A stretch of DNA of 64,000 nt from Paragordius varius (Eukaryota; Animalia; Nematomorpha): contig OZ176053.1 in the NCBI GenBank assembly GCA_964247055.1, positions 248,001 to 312,000 on the forward strand. Reading direction: 5' to 3'. The position numbers were made by a program, and so were the translations under genes. Shown piece after piece: positions 51,217 to 64,000 of this stretch. Position 1 is the stretch's first letter; every line of letters starts with the position of its first letter. The notes under the pieces were generated by a model that ran no database searches, was not told the DNA's origin, and was given only the letters and a program-made list of their open reading frames with translations.

Positions 51217-51792
51217 TCTATATATTTATAAAAATGGAAAGTAGTGGCTTGGTGATCTATTTCCAGGAAACCGGTAGATCCATTCAAATCCAAATGTCGA
51301 AAAAATATAATCATTATGAATGCCCGGACAATAGCTTCGCCCTTTTTTTGAATTAGGCCCCCAGTTCGGGCCTACCCCGTGTAAAAAACAGTTTTTTTTT
51401 GAAAACAGAAGTCCACAAAAATCGTGTCTTTGAGAGAATTTTCTGGAAAACGAGTTGGACCATTCAATTTCAAATATGACTTTTGCTATTTTCGATTGCG
51501 CCGAACATAATAGGCTCGCTTTAATTAAGGCTTTTACCCGCTCCTCCCGTAAAATGCCATTTTTCCAAAAAAATTCAAAAGTAATTGTTTGAATCTATTT
51601 TTAGCCCAAGTAAACAATATATTAGTATGAATGCACCGTTTTGAAATTCCTATGAGATCATAGCTAACAAATAATGTTTCGAAATAATCCACATATGTAG
51701 ATCATTTTATTGTCCCTTTTTTCAAATAGCCCCCCCCCCCCCCCCCCCGTCGAAAGGACTTCCTCGGGCTGCGTGGCAGCACTTATATGTAC
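51217..51792 (+). mobile_element. Non-autonomous Helitron copy nested in the hAT element
   Basis: Same A|TCTATATATTTATAAAAATGG start and GCTGC-GTG-GCAGC hairpin (ending 51780) as 3018-4174. Lacks the internal duplication; terminal CTAG not seen, so the right end is approximate. Confidence 0.75.
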
Positions 51793-52317
51793 ATACATTT
51801 ATATTAAATTTTTAATGAATTTATTGTTGGATATTTTAATTGTTTCTAATGAGCTTATAAATAGTAACGAACAATATCATTTAATATAAAACACCGAAAA
51901 TGCGGTTAAAAAATAGGTAAAGTATGTTTTAATTTTGTACTGCGCCAGGGTTATAAATATCTGGTCACATTACCTTACTATGTCTCTATGGACGTTTGAT
52001 TAACCGGATGTAATGTATTGCGTTGACATTCGTAAAAACATCTTTTCAATCAAATATTTTAAATATTTCGACACGGAATTTTATTCTGTTGTATTAAAAG
52101 TATTTTTAAAGATCATGTTCATTTTTTTCGTAATTATATCTTATTTAGGTCTTAGTCTAGCGTTCACTACCTTTAGTCTTAATATTTAATTAATCATACA
52201 ATACTTAAAATCAATTTGAGAGTCGCATTTTGTGTGCCGTTGGTTTAATCATCAATCAACATGAATGATAAAACCAAAGTTAAATCTACTTTTTTTTAAT
52301 TAGTAGGTGTATGGTAT

Positions 52318-52439
52318 GTTACGACCATATCACGTTGAAAGCACCGGTTCATTTCCGAACACCGAAGTTAAGCAACGTTGAGCCCTGTTAGTACTTGGAT
52401 GGGTGACCGCCTGGGAATCCCGGGTGTCGTCGTAACTTT
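52318..52439 (+). rRNA. 5S rRNA (variant)
   Basis: Three substitutions and a 3-nt CGT duplication near the 3' end relative to the 43196 copy; oligo-T terminator. Confidence 0.92.
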
Positions 52440-54145
52440 TTTTACTTTTTTGCAAAATAAATGGCAACATGGGTATCTTTTTGTAATAAAAAGAGACCCT
52501 TTTCAAATGCATTCGATTTGGTTTAGACATGTTTTCTATTTTTTTAAACGGGTTATATATATTACTTCAAAATATAATCAAATTTATTAAAACAAATCCC
52601 AAAAATGTATCGTTTTAGCTCAATTCTAAATATTTTTATTTTAATGATTATGTATTTAACAATTAAAATTAAGCCTCAATTGTTGCAATCTGGGAAATGA
52701 CATACATATACACAATGCCTTATTGCAAATACAGTATGCATTTTAATGTGTGTTCAGTAATTTTATTGCCAGTCGAATAACATAAATGGTTTATCCAATG
52801 CGTAAAATACTGACCCACGAAATTATTTCGTAGTACACATATGAAAGAGGATTGACGTGAGAATTAACATAGGCTTTAATTTGATGGATATTTTTTAATG
52901 TTAAATTTTGAGAATATTATAGCAATTTATGTTAACATTTGTAATATTGTTGTTACGTATTTAGATGCGGAATTTTGTGGATATTTATCTTTGATAAATT
53001 AATAAATAGTAAAATACGTATTTTAAGATTTTTTATGTTAATTATTCCTAAATTTAATAAATATTTTTCAACATGCTAAATACCAGTATTGATCAATATT
53101 GGTATTATATTTTTATATAGTTGTTATTTATTAGGATTATGACACACCGATAATAAAGATTGGTTAAAACACGTGTTCACTTAACCCTTTCATAGTATCT
53201 AGTAGTTTTATTTATATTCTTTTTATACAGTAAAAATTAAAAATAACAGACAGAACGTAAATAATACAAATATTTTTAAAAGACACGTATTTAATGATAT
53301 ATTTTAAAATATAACTAAATATTTAGAGTTTAAAAATAGGGGAAAGAGAAGCATAATGTTAAAAACACTATAGTTAAAAATGTTTTATAAGGTTTATGTG
53401 ATATAAGATTTTAAAAAAGATAGTTAGTTGTCTTTTAATTATTTGTTTTTACTATTTACGTTTTATCCGTAAATAACAATTGTTATTGTATCAATTTATC
53501 CTAACCAATAAAAATAAGTTTTATTAACATTGTTTTAAAAACAATTTTTACCAATTCTATGCATTCAAGTATCGCGATTTTCTATATATTAATTTAATTA
53601 ATTTAAACCCAAAATATAAAAGTAACCGCTTGTTACGTCTGCATAGCCCCATTTAAAATTTAAATTAACAAAATTGTTTTGAAAAATTATTCGGCTGTTG
53701 CATTTTCCCCGTATATGAAGGTTAAGAATAAAGAGTTTGTTGAAATGAACTTATGATTTACAGTCATGTATCCTCTATCTTATCAAAAACTTATTTTCTT
53801 TCGTTAAATGGGTATAAATATTTGTTAAATGGAAAAACAAGATCTTTATGGTATTAACAATATCATATCCACTAAAAAAGTCTAAGAATTTAACGAAAAA
53901 AATAAATTTTTGATAAAATAAAGGATAGATAACTGTATTAATAAACGGGTTCCGTATGTTCCACATTTCGGCATAACTTTTGATCCAACATAATTAAATA
54001 TATATAAATATTTTTAGAAGACTTTAATGCAAAGTTTCTGTGGTTTGAAATACCTTGTTAATAATTATGACCTAAATAAATAGAATGCAAATGTAATTGT
54101 TTACGACATAATAAAATTATATTTTGGCAAAAAAAAGAAAGAAAA

Positions 54146-54264
54146 AAAGTTACGACACCCGGGATTCCCAGGCGGTCACCCATCCAAGTACTAACCGGGC
54201 TCAACGTTGCTTAACTTCGGTGTTCGGAAGGGAACCGGTGCTTTCAACGTAATATGGTCGTAAC
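54146..54264 (-). rRNA. 5S rRNA
   Basis: Reverse complement of the 43196 copy with one substitution; oligo-T terminator. Confidence 0.96.
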
Positions 54265-54466
54265 ATTGGCATGTTAAAGTTAATGATAATATATTTACTA
54301 TAGTTTGCAATTGCGCTGTAACAGATTTCTCGTATATTTTATTTTTTGGAGAAAGTTATGTTTGCCGTTTTTAAGCTTTTTATTAACATTGCTTCAGGAG
54401 ATCAGCCAATGAACATTTTGATGCCTGCACAAAGCGTCTCTTGCTACCTCTGATAATTATGTAGGG

Positions 54467-55905
54467 TATAGTGACCAGATAGGCTGTTTTTCGCAGTACT
54501 GTACTGGGATTTCTGAAAAAAACTGCGCATGTACTGCGCCCACTTTTATACTGCTTTTTGAAATAAAAAAAATTAATTTTTAAATATACATTATTTACCT
54601 TTTATTTATTCAAAAAAAATATTTTTGAATTTAATATAGTACCCTCTGTAAAAATAACCTCATAATTGGTAGAGAAATGCATTTTGAGGTACAAAACTAA
54701 TCTGCTCGAAATATACATAAAACATAGGATTACGGCCTTTCGCGCAGTGGCGAAACTTAAATCTCGGAGTCTACACCGTAAGATTCAGACTAATGGTTCT
54801 TTCACTTATCGTTTAAAATTAAAAATCTAATTTATGATATTTTTATAAATGTTTCACAGTTAGAAAGTTTATTTTTTGTTACAATTATTAAACGGAAAAT
54901 TTATAGAAAAATTTAAAATTTATTATATATGGCAGATGATTTCGAAATAACCTTTCGTAAAAAATAGAGTTTTTACGATATCCATACTCATTAGGTTGTA
55001 GGTATGATATTTCTTTATTTTTTTCCTAAACATTAATTTTTATTTTTTTATACAGTTTAGAGTCTCTTTTTTCCTTTTTAATTAAAGGGCATGGACTTAA
55101 ATTGTATCCGGACTTGTGAAGGCTTTAACTTTCGCCTGCCCAGGGCTGACAGTGATGATGGAAAAATTGCGTAGTTTCGAGGTTCAAACTCTGTCATGCA
55201 GTGCAAGAGTCCGGCGCCCTACCTACTATACCATCACGCCTCTGAACATTAATTTTTATTAGTTATCTTATTTTTTTGCACAAATAAAACTGAGATATTT
55301 TGTTGAAGCGTACTTCAAACTGTTTTGAAGCATCATGGAAACTCTATAACGCTTTGAGATATAATAAAATTCTTTTTCCAAATAATTCGATGATGTTGAA
55401 CATTCAAAGTTTAATGTTTGCTTGCAAATTTTGGTTCATTTTTTTGAAAAAAACAATTTTTATTTAACATAATTTTGAAAAAGAACAAATATTTCAATCA
55501 AAATCCGTGTGAGAAATTAGCATTATCGAATTATATATATATAAAATGTTATAACATCTCAACCGTTTATATCGTTTCCATCATGCTCAAAATAGTATGA
55601 AAAGGAATTTTACGTTTATTTTAAGAGAACGGTTCATTTTAAAAGAGCCAAAAAAATTGGGACTTTTAGAGCCACATCTAAAAATTTAAAATTTTTAAAA
55701 CATCGTTTTGCTTTTTATATGGAGTTTATGTTATATTTTAGTGATATTTTTTGAAATTATACATTTAGCATTCACCAAAAATATATTTGAAAAATTGCGC
55801 CCCTTTTGCAATTAGTTACGGAGCACTTACTGTAAATAACTTTTTTTAATAACTCGTAAAGGTTTAAACCAAAAGCACCATGATAATCCTGATATTTTCC
55901 TATCA

Positions 55906-55944
<39 letters not shown>

Positions 55945-56055
55945 TTCATCAGGATATTTTTAACTGTGGAATATTCCACACCGATGGTTTAAAAACAAGG
56001 CACAGTATGTTTTAATTTTGTACTGCGTTCAAGTTAAAAATATCTGGTCACATTA
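54467..56055. mobile_element. Non-autonomous hAT element, same family as 48733-51972
   Basis: TIR TATAGTGACCAGAT / ATCTGGTCACATTA with an exact 8-bp TSD ATGTAGGG at 54459-54466 and 56056-56063. Confidence 0.9.
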
Positions 56056-56058
56056 ATG

Positions 56059-56324
56059 TAGGGTAGTCCAACTTAATCGGATTTGCAGGCCGCCATCGAA
56101 TATATATCTGGATCTATAAATATTTTATGTGGTTTCAAATGCTAACATAAAACAATTTTTCTTGTCCGTTGCCAATATGGACTTATTCCAATAATTTATT
56201 TGAAAAATATCAAATATAGTATGATTTTGTTGGGATAATAATTCAAATCGTGGATTTCCAAATATGTCGCCATGCTTTCTAGGAGGGCCGCATGCGGCCG
56301 TGGGTTGCGTGTTGAACACCCCTG
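56059..56324. mobile_element. Short hAT-type (Charlie/Buster-like) MITE
   Basis: Left TAGGGTAGTCCAAC; the right end reads CAGGGGTGTTCAACACGC...GGCCGCATGCGGCCC on the minus strand. TSD not established. Confidence 0.55.
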
Positions 56325-56948
56325 ATTTAGGGACCTAAGGCAGGGACACTTATCAAAGATTTTAAAGGGACAATTTTATATTTTCTTGCCAAGGGTAGTG
56401 CCCCATATAATACCGATAGATATTGCGCCGCTGTTTGACACATATGCAGATATATATATATATATATATATATAAAAGTACATTGAAAAGGGCCGATTTA
56501 AAATAACCATTTTGAGTTCAAATTCACCCTCGAACCATTCAACACCTAAAATCTATTAAGTGTTTTTTTAAGATTAAAAACTAATGATATTTTTTATATT
56601 TTTTAAAAAAAAATTTTGTTTAAAATTAAAATAATACCAAAAAATTAATAAACTATGATAGGGTATATTTTATATTTATAATGATGAGTGATATTGGCCC
56701 GAAAACACGTATTTTTTATGGTGATATTGCATTGTATAAGGATGAATATGAATTGTTCGAGGGTGAATTTGAATTGTAAGGATGAATATAAATTGTTAAA
56801 TGGTTCGAAGGTGAATTTCAATTTTAAATGGTATAATAGGATATTTAATAAAACCCAATATAATAAAGAATATGGAAAAAGAAGCTAGCCTATAGTTCGG
56901 TAGTGAACTTAATGACAAACTATCTCAGTCAGACCAAAATATAGTTTG

Positions 56949-57066
56949 GTAAGACCATATCACGCTATGCACAAATTTTCTGATTTCCTTCCTTATCGCA
57001 CTCCTTCTAAGATTCAAAGAGATTTTTCATCCAAAGAGATTTGTTCGCACTTTAGTCGTAAACCTT
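56949..57066 (+). pseudogene. Highly decayed 5S rRNA copy
   Basis: GTAAGACCATATCACG at the start and GTCGTAAACCTTTT about 116 nt later match the two 5S ends; the middle is degenerate. Confidence 0.45.
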
Positions 57067-59477
57067 TTCAAACCACCAACACCTAACAAAAATATAACCC
57101 CTGATAACTCAAACCGCGGCCCTAAAGTGCTATTTTATGGCCCTGAATCATTTATTACATTTTTTAGATATAATTATTTGGAGTGTATAAATATCTGCAA
57201 ATGTGACAAACATCTATAAAAATTTAACGGTATCAAGACCCTCGGGAAAAGATAAAATATTTTTTGGCTATTTAAAGTTTTTTTAGTGAATACCACTATA
57301 TAAACTTTATTCCATTTACGCCATAGACAAGGATTAAACAGCGGCTAACAATCCTTTGTTCTAGACATTTTTTTAAAAAAAAATGGCCGGAAGTGAAATC
57401 ATAGACAAATAATTTTAATATATATTGTTTTCGTAGTGGATTTTGGAGTCATGTTTATAAAAGCAAAACCATTTATAATAAAGACTAAAAATAACCGGAG
57501 AAGATTTTCCACTCAATAGTAGTGTCTAAAATTAGTCCGTTCAGTAGTATTAAATTTAGTATGTAAGTGCTTTCATTAATCATAAGTTAGCACACAGCTA
57601 CAAATTAATAACTTATGACTGCAGTATTTTAACTTGCAGTATTAAGGGTTTGAAAGATGTCCCATTTAGCTAAAAGGATTGTAAAAATGTCATTGGTAAA
57701 ATTATCGTTTTAGTTGAATTAAATAATTATATATTCTAATATTTAAATAGGGCTTCATTGATGCATAAAGCCAAATTAAATGTTATATGTTATATATAAG
57801 GCTGTACATTTAATAAGGATAAAGGGCTCTAAAAAGTATATTTTATAGTCATAATTAAAAGACTGATGCTTGCTGTCATTTAAAATAATGTTGATTCCAA
57901 TCCATATATATATACCATGTTTAATCGATGTTTTAATAAGAAATAAAATTTGGCATATCTAGATATTTATAAAAATGTAGATGGTTAACTTTGATGCGAT
58001 GCGATTTCTAAAAAATATGTAGTTACATTTAAATTAAAAAGTGGATTTTTAGGCTTTCCTAAGTTCAGTCTTACACTCTGAAAAAGACGCTTTTGAAAAC
58101 TATAAGCTCCCAAAAAATCGTGTATCTCAAGCATTTTCTCGGAAAATGTTAAGGCCATTCAAATAATATGTGATTTATTACACATATGCACCTAGCGAGA
58201 CAAAATCGCTTTCTTAATTTCCTCAGTTTAACCCCAACTATTAAAAAGTGCTAGTTCCAAAAAATCTGTTTTTAAATCAATTTTTCGGGACATGAGGGTG
58301 TCTAACATGCGGTTCCGGGAAAAATTTGGAAATCGATAATTTGCAAAAATATCAATCTTAGCAAAATTGATATTTAGTGAACAAAATTTTTCATTAAGTT
58401 CATCGGCAGTGAATTAAAAAAATTAAGATATATATATATGCATTTTACAGTCTTATGTTTGAAAGCTAATAATATATTTCTTAATGGCCATAAAAATTTC
58501 AAATGCGGCCCGCGAAGCCATTTTTTTGGACAACTTAGTTGTAATATATAATTTCAATAATAAATTTTTATACTTTAGGTTTAAGCCGAGCGTGGCAGAG
58601 TATTTTTTTAGATTACCCATAAAATACCACCTCCCTTTCCCCTAAAATCACGTTTTTGCAAAAAAATCCAAGTACCCAAAACTTTAATACAATTTTTCGG
58701 AAAAAAATAGTTGAAAAGATTTCCCGTATAAAGGAAATAATTTTGGTCTAGCGCCATTTATTTAATAGCGCGGTAAGGGTTCTACCCTCTGTAAAACACG
58801 CCACTATGCGAAAATGCTTTTAATCAATTTTCGGAAAAACTCCAGGGGTCTATAAATAATCATTTTGGATAATTCCTTTATAAAGTGTATATTTATAAAA
58901 AACTTCGTTGGGTTTAGGTTTTTTTAAAAAATCGTGAAGGTCCATCAAAATACAATAAAGTATATAATTGATTTTTATTGCCGAGCGTCAAATCCATTTT
59001 TTGAATTAGTCATTTTGTATTCAGTGTAATAAGGATTGTGCAAGCCCCAAAAATCTTGTATTTAAAATATTTTTAAAAAACGGACAGGCCCATTAAAAAT
59101 GAATCAAAAAAACATGTTAAATTATCAAGGTTACCAAGGGCAATTTTTTGAATCAACCTATGACTTAACTCTGGCTGTAAATTTACGCTTTTTGCTGAAA
59201 AAATGTCAAAAAATAATTGTTTGACAAATTTTTCGGGAAACCATATATATGCATAGAAATAATTAATGGTCCTACGTTTTTGTCATATAAAGATAAATAT
59301 TTTAAATAATCTTTTTTTCCAAAATTAGCGTTTGGGTAAACCCCCCCCCCCCCAAATGTAAAATGCGCTCCCAGTCAAAAAATCTTGTTTATCAAACAAA
59401 TTTCTAGCGAACATAATAGCTTCGGATGGCTTCAAACATACCCTTATTAACGCACCAATAGCTTGGTCTTTTTCATA

Positions 59478-59818
59478 TACCATTTACAGTTCAAATTCAC
59501 CCTTAAACTATTCAAATTCACCCTTGAACAATTCAAATTTACACTCGAACAATTCGAATTCAAAAATAGATTATGTGTTTGTTAAGATAAAAATCTCCTA
59601 CCTATTTTTATATTTATATAAAATGATATTGCGCTTAAAATTAATATAATACTGAAAAATTATTATTAATAATGAGATATATTAACTATATATTCTTATA
59701 TTTATATAAAATGTAATTTCACTTAAAATTGATATATATTACTGAAAAAATAATTATTAGTATGTTCAAGGGTGAATTTGAATTATTGTTTGAGGGTGAA
59801 TTTGAATTGTAAATGGTA
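59478..59818. mobile_element. Foldback MITE (TACCATTTAC family)
   Basis: TA|TACCATTTACAGTTCAAATTCACCC ... GGGTGAATTTGAATTGTAAATGGTA|TA. Confidence 0.82.
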
Positions 59819-60999
59819 TATTAGTTTCCATGATTAAGCCCTTACCGTTTACGCCAAATAATTCCATTTATCGTCAGTCGTTAAAAATTACATGCTGATC
59901 AAGAATGTGTAAAAATCCGAAATTTTCTTCACAAGAAGTATTACTATTTTTAAAGTGTCCTATTTCTAATCACACCTATTATTATATTAATAACAATGTA
60001 AAACATAAGCTTGAAGCAATCCGATGAATATGCCGGAGCCATTCAAACAATAAATATATTCATTTATTAATATGGTTAGCCACTTTTTAATAAAATAAAC
60101 GTAAATTTTATTTTTTTGTCTGAACAATAGTTGGATTTTCCCGACCCGCTCTTTATTAATGGAAAATGTTTCGATTCTCCTCGGCGCTTGACTAGCCTAC
60201 TATTATTTGATCTTTAATGGTTGGTAAGTGGCCGCCTATGGCAATCCAAAGGTTGGCTTTTCTTTTAAATGCCTGTTTATCTCCCACATAAGATATTATA
60301 GATTATTGGTGTGGCGCAAGTTTAAAAATACAATAAAGATACTAGAGTTTTCATAAAAGGTCTTTTACTCTGCGACGCATTACCTGCGATATATACGTGT
60401 GTTCAAAAAAATGCAATTGTCTACTTGCTCCTACTCAAAAAACATAAATTCTCCCTAAGGAGATTGACAATCCCTCTAGCTAGGCTATGGCCCCCCAATT
60501 GAGTGACGTACTAAAAGGGTAGACAGTGAGCATTGGAAATAACGATTATGGTATAAGAAAATCGCATTAATTCTGAATCGCGTGTGACTAACCCCGTACA
60601 TTTGTTGTAAATCAATTGTTATCGTGACGTGGGAATTAAGCGGTAAAATAAAAAATGAGCTGGTTTAAAAAGGCAAGCGCTAAAGAGAGAGAAAATGCAT
60701 ACGGCACCAGAAGAGCGCGTAGGCGGTAAGCCATAAATAGAGTAATCAGCGCCGAACCAATTTACATATTATATCCGCGCCTATTGCATGTGCCGAATAA
60801 ATATTAGTTTATGCCTGTGCCTAACGACAAAAACAGTTGGCCAAATAATACATTAAAGTCATTATTTAAAGGTGATGGAATAGTACCTACTAATAATAGA
60901 GTATATTAGGGTTTACTTTCGCAGATATTTCATTTCATCCACGGTTTTAGGAAATCAACCTTTGTTCTGTCACGAAAACTTTTCTTGGCAATGAACTCC

Positions 61000-61610
61000 A
61001 TAGAAAGAACTTATACTCGGCCTTTCCCAACCTCTTTTTATAGTATTCTGCCACGCAAATGACCTTTGCATCTCGACGGACTCGGAAAAAAACCTAAGAC
61101 AGGCCCTCAATCAACTGGAATCTAAATTTATGACTGTTGGCTTCAATATTGATTATGATGAGTCGAAGGTGATAATAGCCAGACTTATATTAGAAGGTTC
61201 AATACTGTAAGGGAGTTCAAAGTCGTGGCGGTGTGGCCAAATTGTATCAAACATACCCACAAGGTACAGGAAATAAATCATTGAGAATCATCACAGGTGA
61301 TATCTTCTCCAACGGTGCCAACACGTTACTTGTAAGCTCCAATTGACCGATACCTTGCCTCTCGTTTTGTGAATACCGTTGTCAAGTCTGAATGTAGTGG
61401 CTCATCAGCTACGCCATAATGAAATGAGCTCGCTTAAAGCAGGTCTGGAATGAAAACTTGATGCCCCCAGCCTACTGGAATTACAAGAAAACATGGCTTG
61501 GACTTTAGTGTGTTTTCTTGCAGCGTGTGGGCCTTGTGGATACAGATTTTTTCACTCTACTGTCAAATGGGGGCTTGAAAAATTGCGATTAAATTAAAGA
61601 ATTGTTAGAG
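61000..61610 (+). mobile_element. Degenerate LINE RT fragment, related to 45353-45998
   Basis: FCHANDLCI (decayed YADD) ... LNQLE...GFNI...SKV, then NKSLRIITGD and LNVVAHQLRHN, in broken frames. Confidence 0.68.
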
Positions 61611-61731
61611 ACATTACGCCAAGCATCAACGTGAGCGCCGCCTTTAAAGACTATCTACCAAAAAGGGCTGATCCGGTAAGCTATAGTTTGTGGTTGACTG
61701 TGACTCTAAATACTTTGATAAGGGGTATGCA

Positions 61732-64000
61732 TAAGGTGACCAGATTTTTTGAAGGAAAAAGCGGGACAAATCTGAGGAGGGGGGGGTCATTGGGGGGTAC
61801 AACCAAAAATTTTTATACAAAAAATTATTGTAATATTTATTTATTTTAACACAAATACATTATAAATATAAAAAAATTGTACCTTAGAGGTTGTTTGTAC
61901 CTTATACAATAAATTTACATGTGCACGAACAAAGGGTGAAGTCATTGTAATATTCTAGAAAAAAATAATAAAGACGAAATCATCACAAAGTGCGCTGATG
62001 CAAGAAGCGGCACAAAAATTATTTTTAACAATTTAGCGAATAATGTTAATCAAAACATTATTGGTAGATACACAACGCTATTCAAACAGCTACTGATTTG
62101 TTATCCCTGGATGTGGAAAATATAGATGTTAAATTGCTTGGATATTGTAGAATTGTTGGCTAGTTCTTTTGTCAGCGATTGAAATATTTATAAAAATGTG
62201 ATCTCCTAGAATCCTATTTTTTTATCACAGGACAAAGGTCAAAATTCCAAGTCAAAAAAGGTTAGAAAATAATTTTATATCATTACCTAATCGCAATATT
62301 ATAAAGCATCCAGAAAAACAAGGCTCAATGAATAGCCAGAATATAAAAATGTATACAAACAGAAACGATTATTTGGAAGACAAGATGGTGCACAATGAAA
62401 CTTTTTTATGAAGTCTCATTATTAAAAAATATATTGAATGAAAACTTATATTATGGACAGCAGAAAAAAATACGTAGAATAGAAATGGTTAAAATAATTA
62501 TTTTATACAAATTATGTCCATACAATAATATTATAATTGTATAATTTGCATTATCTTTACCTGAACCACTGCTATTGAACACGTTTTTCCACAGTAATTT
62601 AAATGTTGAATAAAAGCCATTTTATGTGTTCAAATATAATTTGACAATTATGAAGACTTATACAATATTTTAAGTAATTTTGTTTATTTTTTAACATAAA
62701 AACCTTATAAATATAAGAAAATATTTTATTCTTTGGTATATTTTTAGTTTGAGTTAATGCGTTTTAGCAGATTGTCATCATTTTTTAAAATATTGTAGAA
62801 GTCTTCACAAAAATTTGTCAAATTATATAAGACAGATAAAACGGCCTTTAAAGTTTCAACATTTAAATTTGATTCTGATGTCCACACTTGATTTACTGTG
62901 AAAAAACGCGCTCAGTAGCAGCGTTGGTTCCAGGTAAAGATATTTCGAATTCCACAATTTTCAAAATATTATTGTATGTAATATAGTTGGCTTCAAAATG
63001 ATGAAATATTTCCAACCTTTTCTTTTCTACTGTATATTTTTCTTTTGTCCATAATTTAAGTTTTTCCTTATAATATATCTTTTAACTAATGATACTTCAG
63101 AAAAAAGATCATTTTCTGAAAGATTACTTATTGAAAATTTTTGGGAGCAGATATAATCAAATGATTTTTGAACATCGCACTAATTAAATTCTGATTTTAA
63201 TGTTATCCAATGAAAATGATCAATTTCATTGAATTGCGTCAAATCTTTACAGTTTGTATAAAACATTTTTATATGGTACAGGATATCTTGGCGATTTATT
63301 AAGCCTTGTTTTTCTAAATTATTTATTATATTGCGGATGGTTAATAGTATAAAATTATTTTCTATCCGTTCTTGACATTAGAATTTTAGGTTACTAACTA
63401 CATTGGCTACTTCGATTGCCGAAATTTTGTCACCTTCGTTAAATTTAATAACATTTTGAAAGAGAGAACCTTGATTATGTAAGAATTCCATATTTTTGAA
63501 GAATCAATTTCAAAAAACTTTTTAAAGTTGTAGGACATTTGTCCTGTGATAAAAAAAGATTTTTAGGGATCATACATTTTTAAAATTCTTTCGATAGCTG
63601 GCATAAAAGCTAACCAGCGAGTTTTACAATATCCAAGCATTTTTTGATATTGAACTTCTGCATTTTCACAGAATTCTTTAAGTGTTTCAACACGTACCGT
63701 GTATATATAAAAATAGGAATATATTTTAACAACATTTTCCACATCTAGGGGTAACAAATCAGCAGCTGTTTGAATAGGGTTGTGTATTATATGCGCTGCA
63801 CACCCAACGCCAATAATGTTTTGATTAAGATTATCTGTTAATTTATGAAAAATATTTTTTGTTCTCCTCCTTGCTTTTCCACCAAAGTTCGTATTGGTGT
63901 TGTCAGCGCAATATGCGATAATTTTGTCTTTTAAATTATTTTTTTCTAGAATATGCATTATTGAAGTAAATATTATCTTGGAATTTTCACTAGGTATAGA
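61732..64000 (-). mobile_element. hAT transposon with a disrupted transposase, truncated by the window end
   Basis: ORF 63958-63563 has DNTNTN, CxxH (GCAAH) and TRW motifs. Downstream frames are broken, but the dimerisation motif SLPGTNAATERVFS survives near 62905-62945. Terminus TAAGGTGACCAGAT at 61732. Confidence 0.88.

Larger units (their letters stand above)
48733..51972. mobile_element. Non-autonomous hAT element carrying two nested insertions
   Basis: TIR TAAAGTGACCAGAT / ATCTGGTCACATTA with an exact 8-bp TSD CCTTACTA at 48725-48732 and 51973-51980. Confidence 0.9.

Noticed and set aside
52330-52590. ORFs 52330-52530(-) and 52378-52590(+)
   Set aside because: They are chance frames overlapping a 5S rRNA gene.
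42500-57100. Spliced-leader RNA, snRNA, tRNA or histone genes linked to the 5S copies
   Set aside because: I looked by eye for U1, U2, U5, U6, nematode SL1-like and tRNA signatures and found none; an Infernal and tRNAscan-SE run is needed to exclude divergent ones.

Overview
A strongly AT-rich animal (invertebrate) genomic window; the 5S rRNA resembles the nematode/protostome type, but the species cannot be established from sequence alone. The first 40 kb hold seven intron-containing genes that I spliced by hand with consistent phases: a GT10 alpha-1,3-fucosyltransferase (+), SIRT5 (-, with frame disruptions in exon 1), a SENP1/Ulp1-type SUMO protease (+), NFS1 (-), TMEM208 (+, one apparent frameshift), EMC8/9 (-) and NUDCD1 (-). 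A full-length intact RTE-clade LINE with an 11-bp target-site duplication (TSD) lies between EMC8/9 and NUDCD1. No host gene is recognisable in 40-64 kb, which carries four near-identical dispersed 5S rRNA genes in two convergent pairs, three decayed 5S copies, nested non-autonomous DNA transposons (hAT, CMC/Chapaev-like, Helitron, TTAA-specific), old LINE relics and a broken hAT transposase that runs off the window end. The most unusual observations are ultra-short 24-39 nt introns next to kb-sized MITE-filled ones (two are 27 nt and stop-free), two head-to-head gene pairs with only about 45 bp between start codons, an NUDCD1 that appears to lack its CS domain, and 5S genes with unrelated flanks. 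Exon structures are manual predictions without transcript support.
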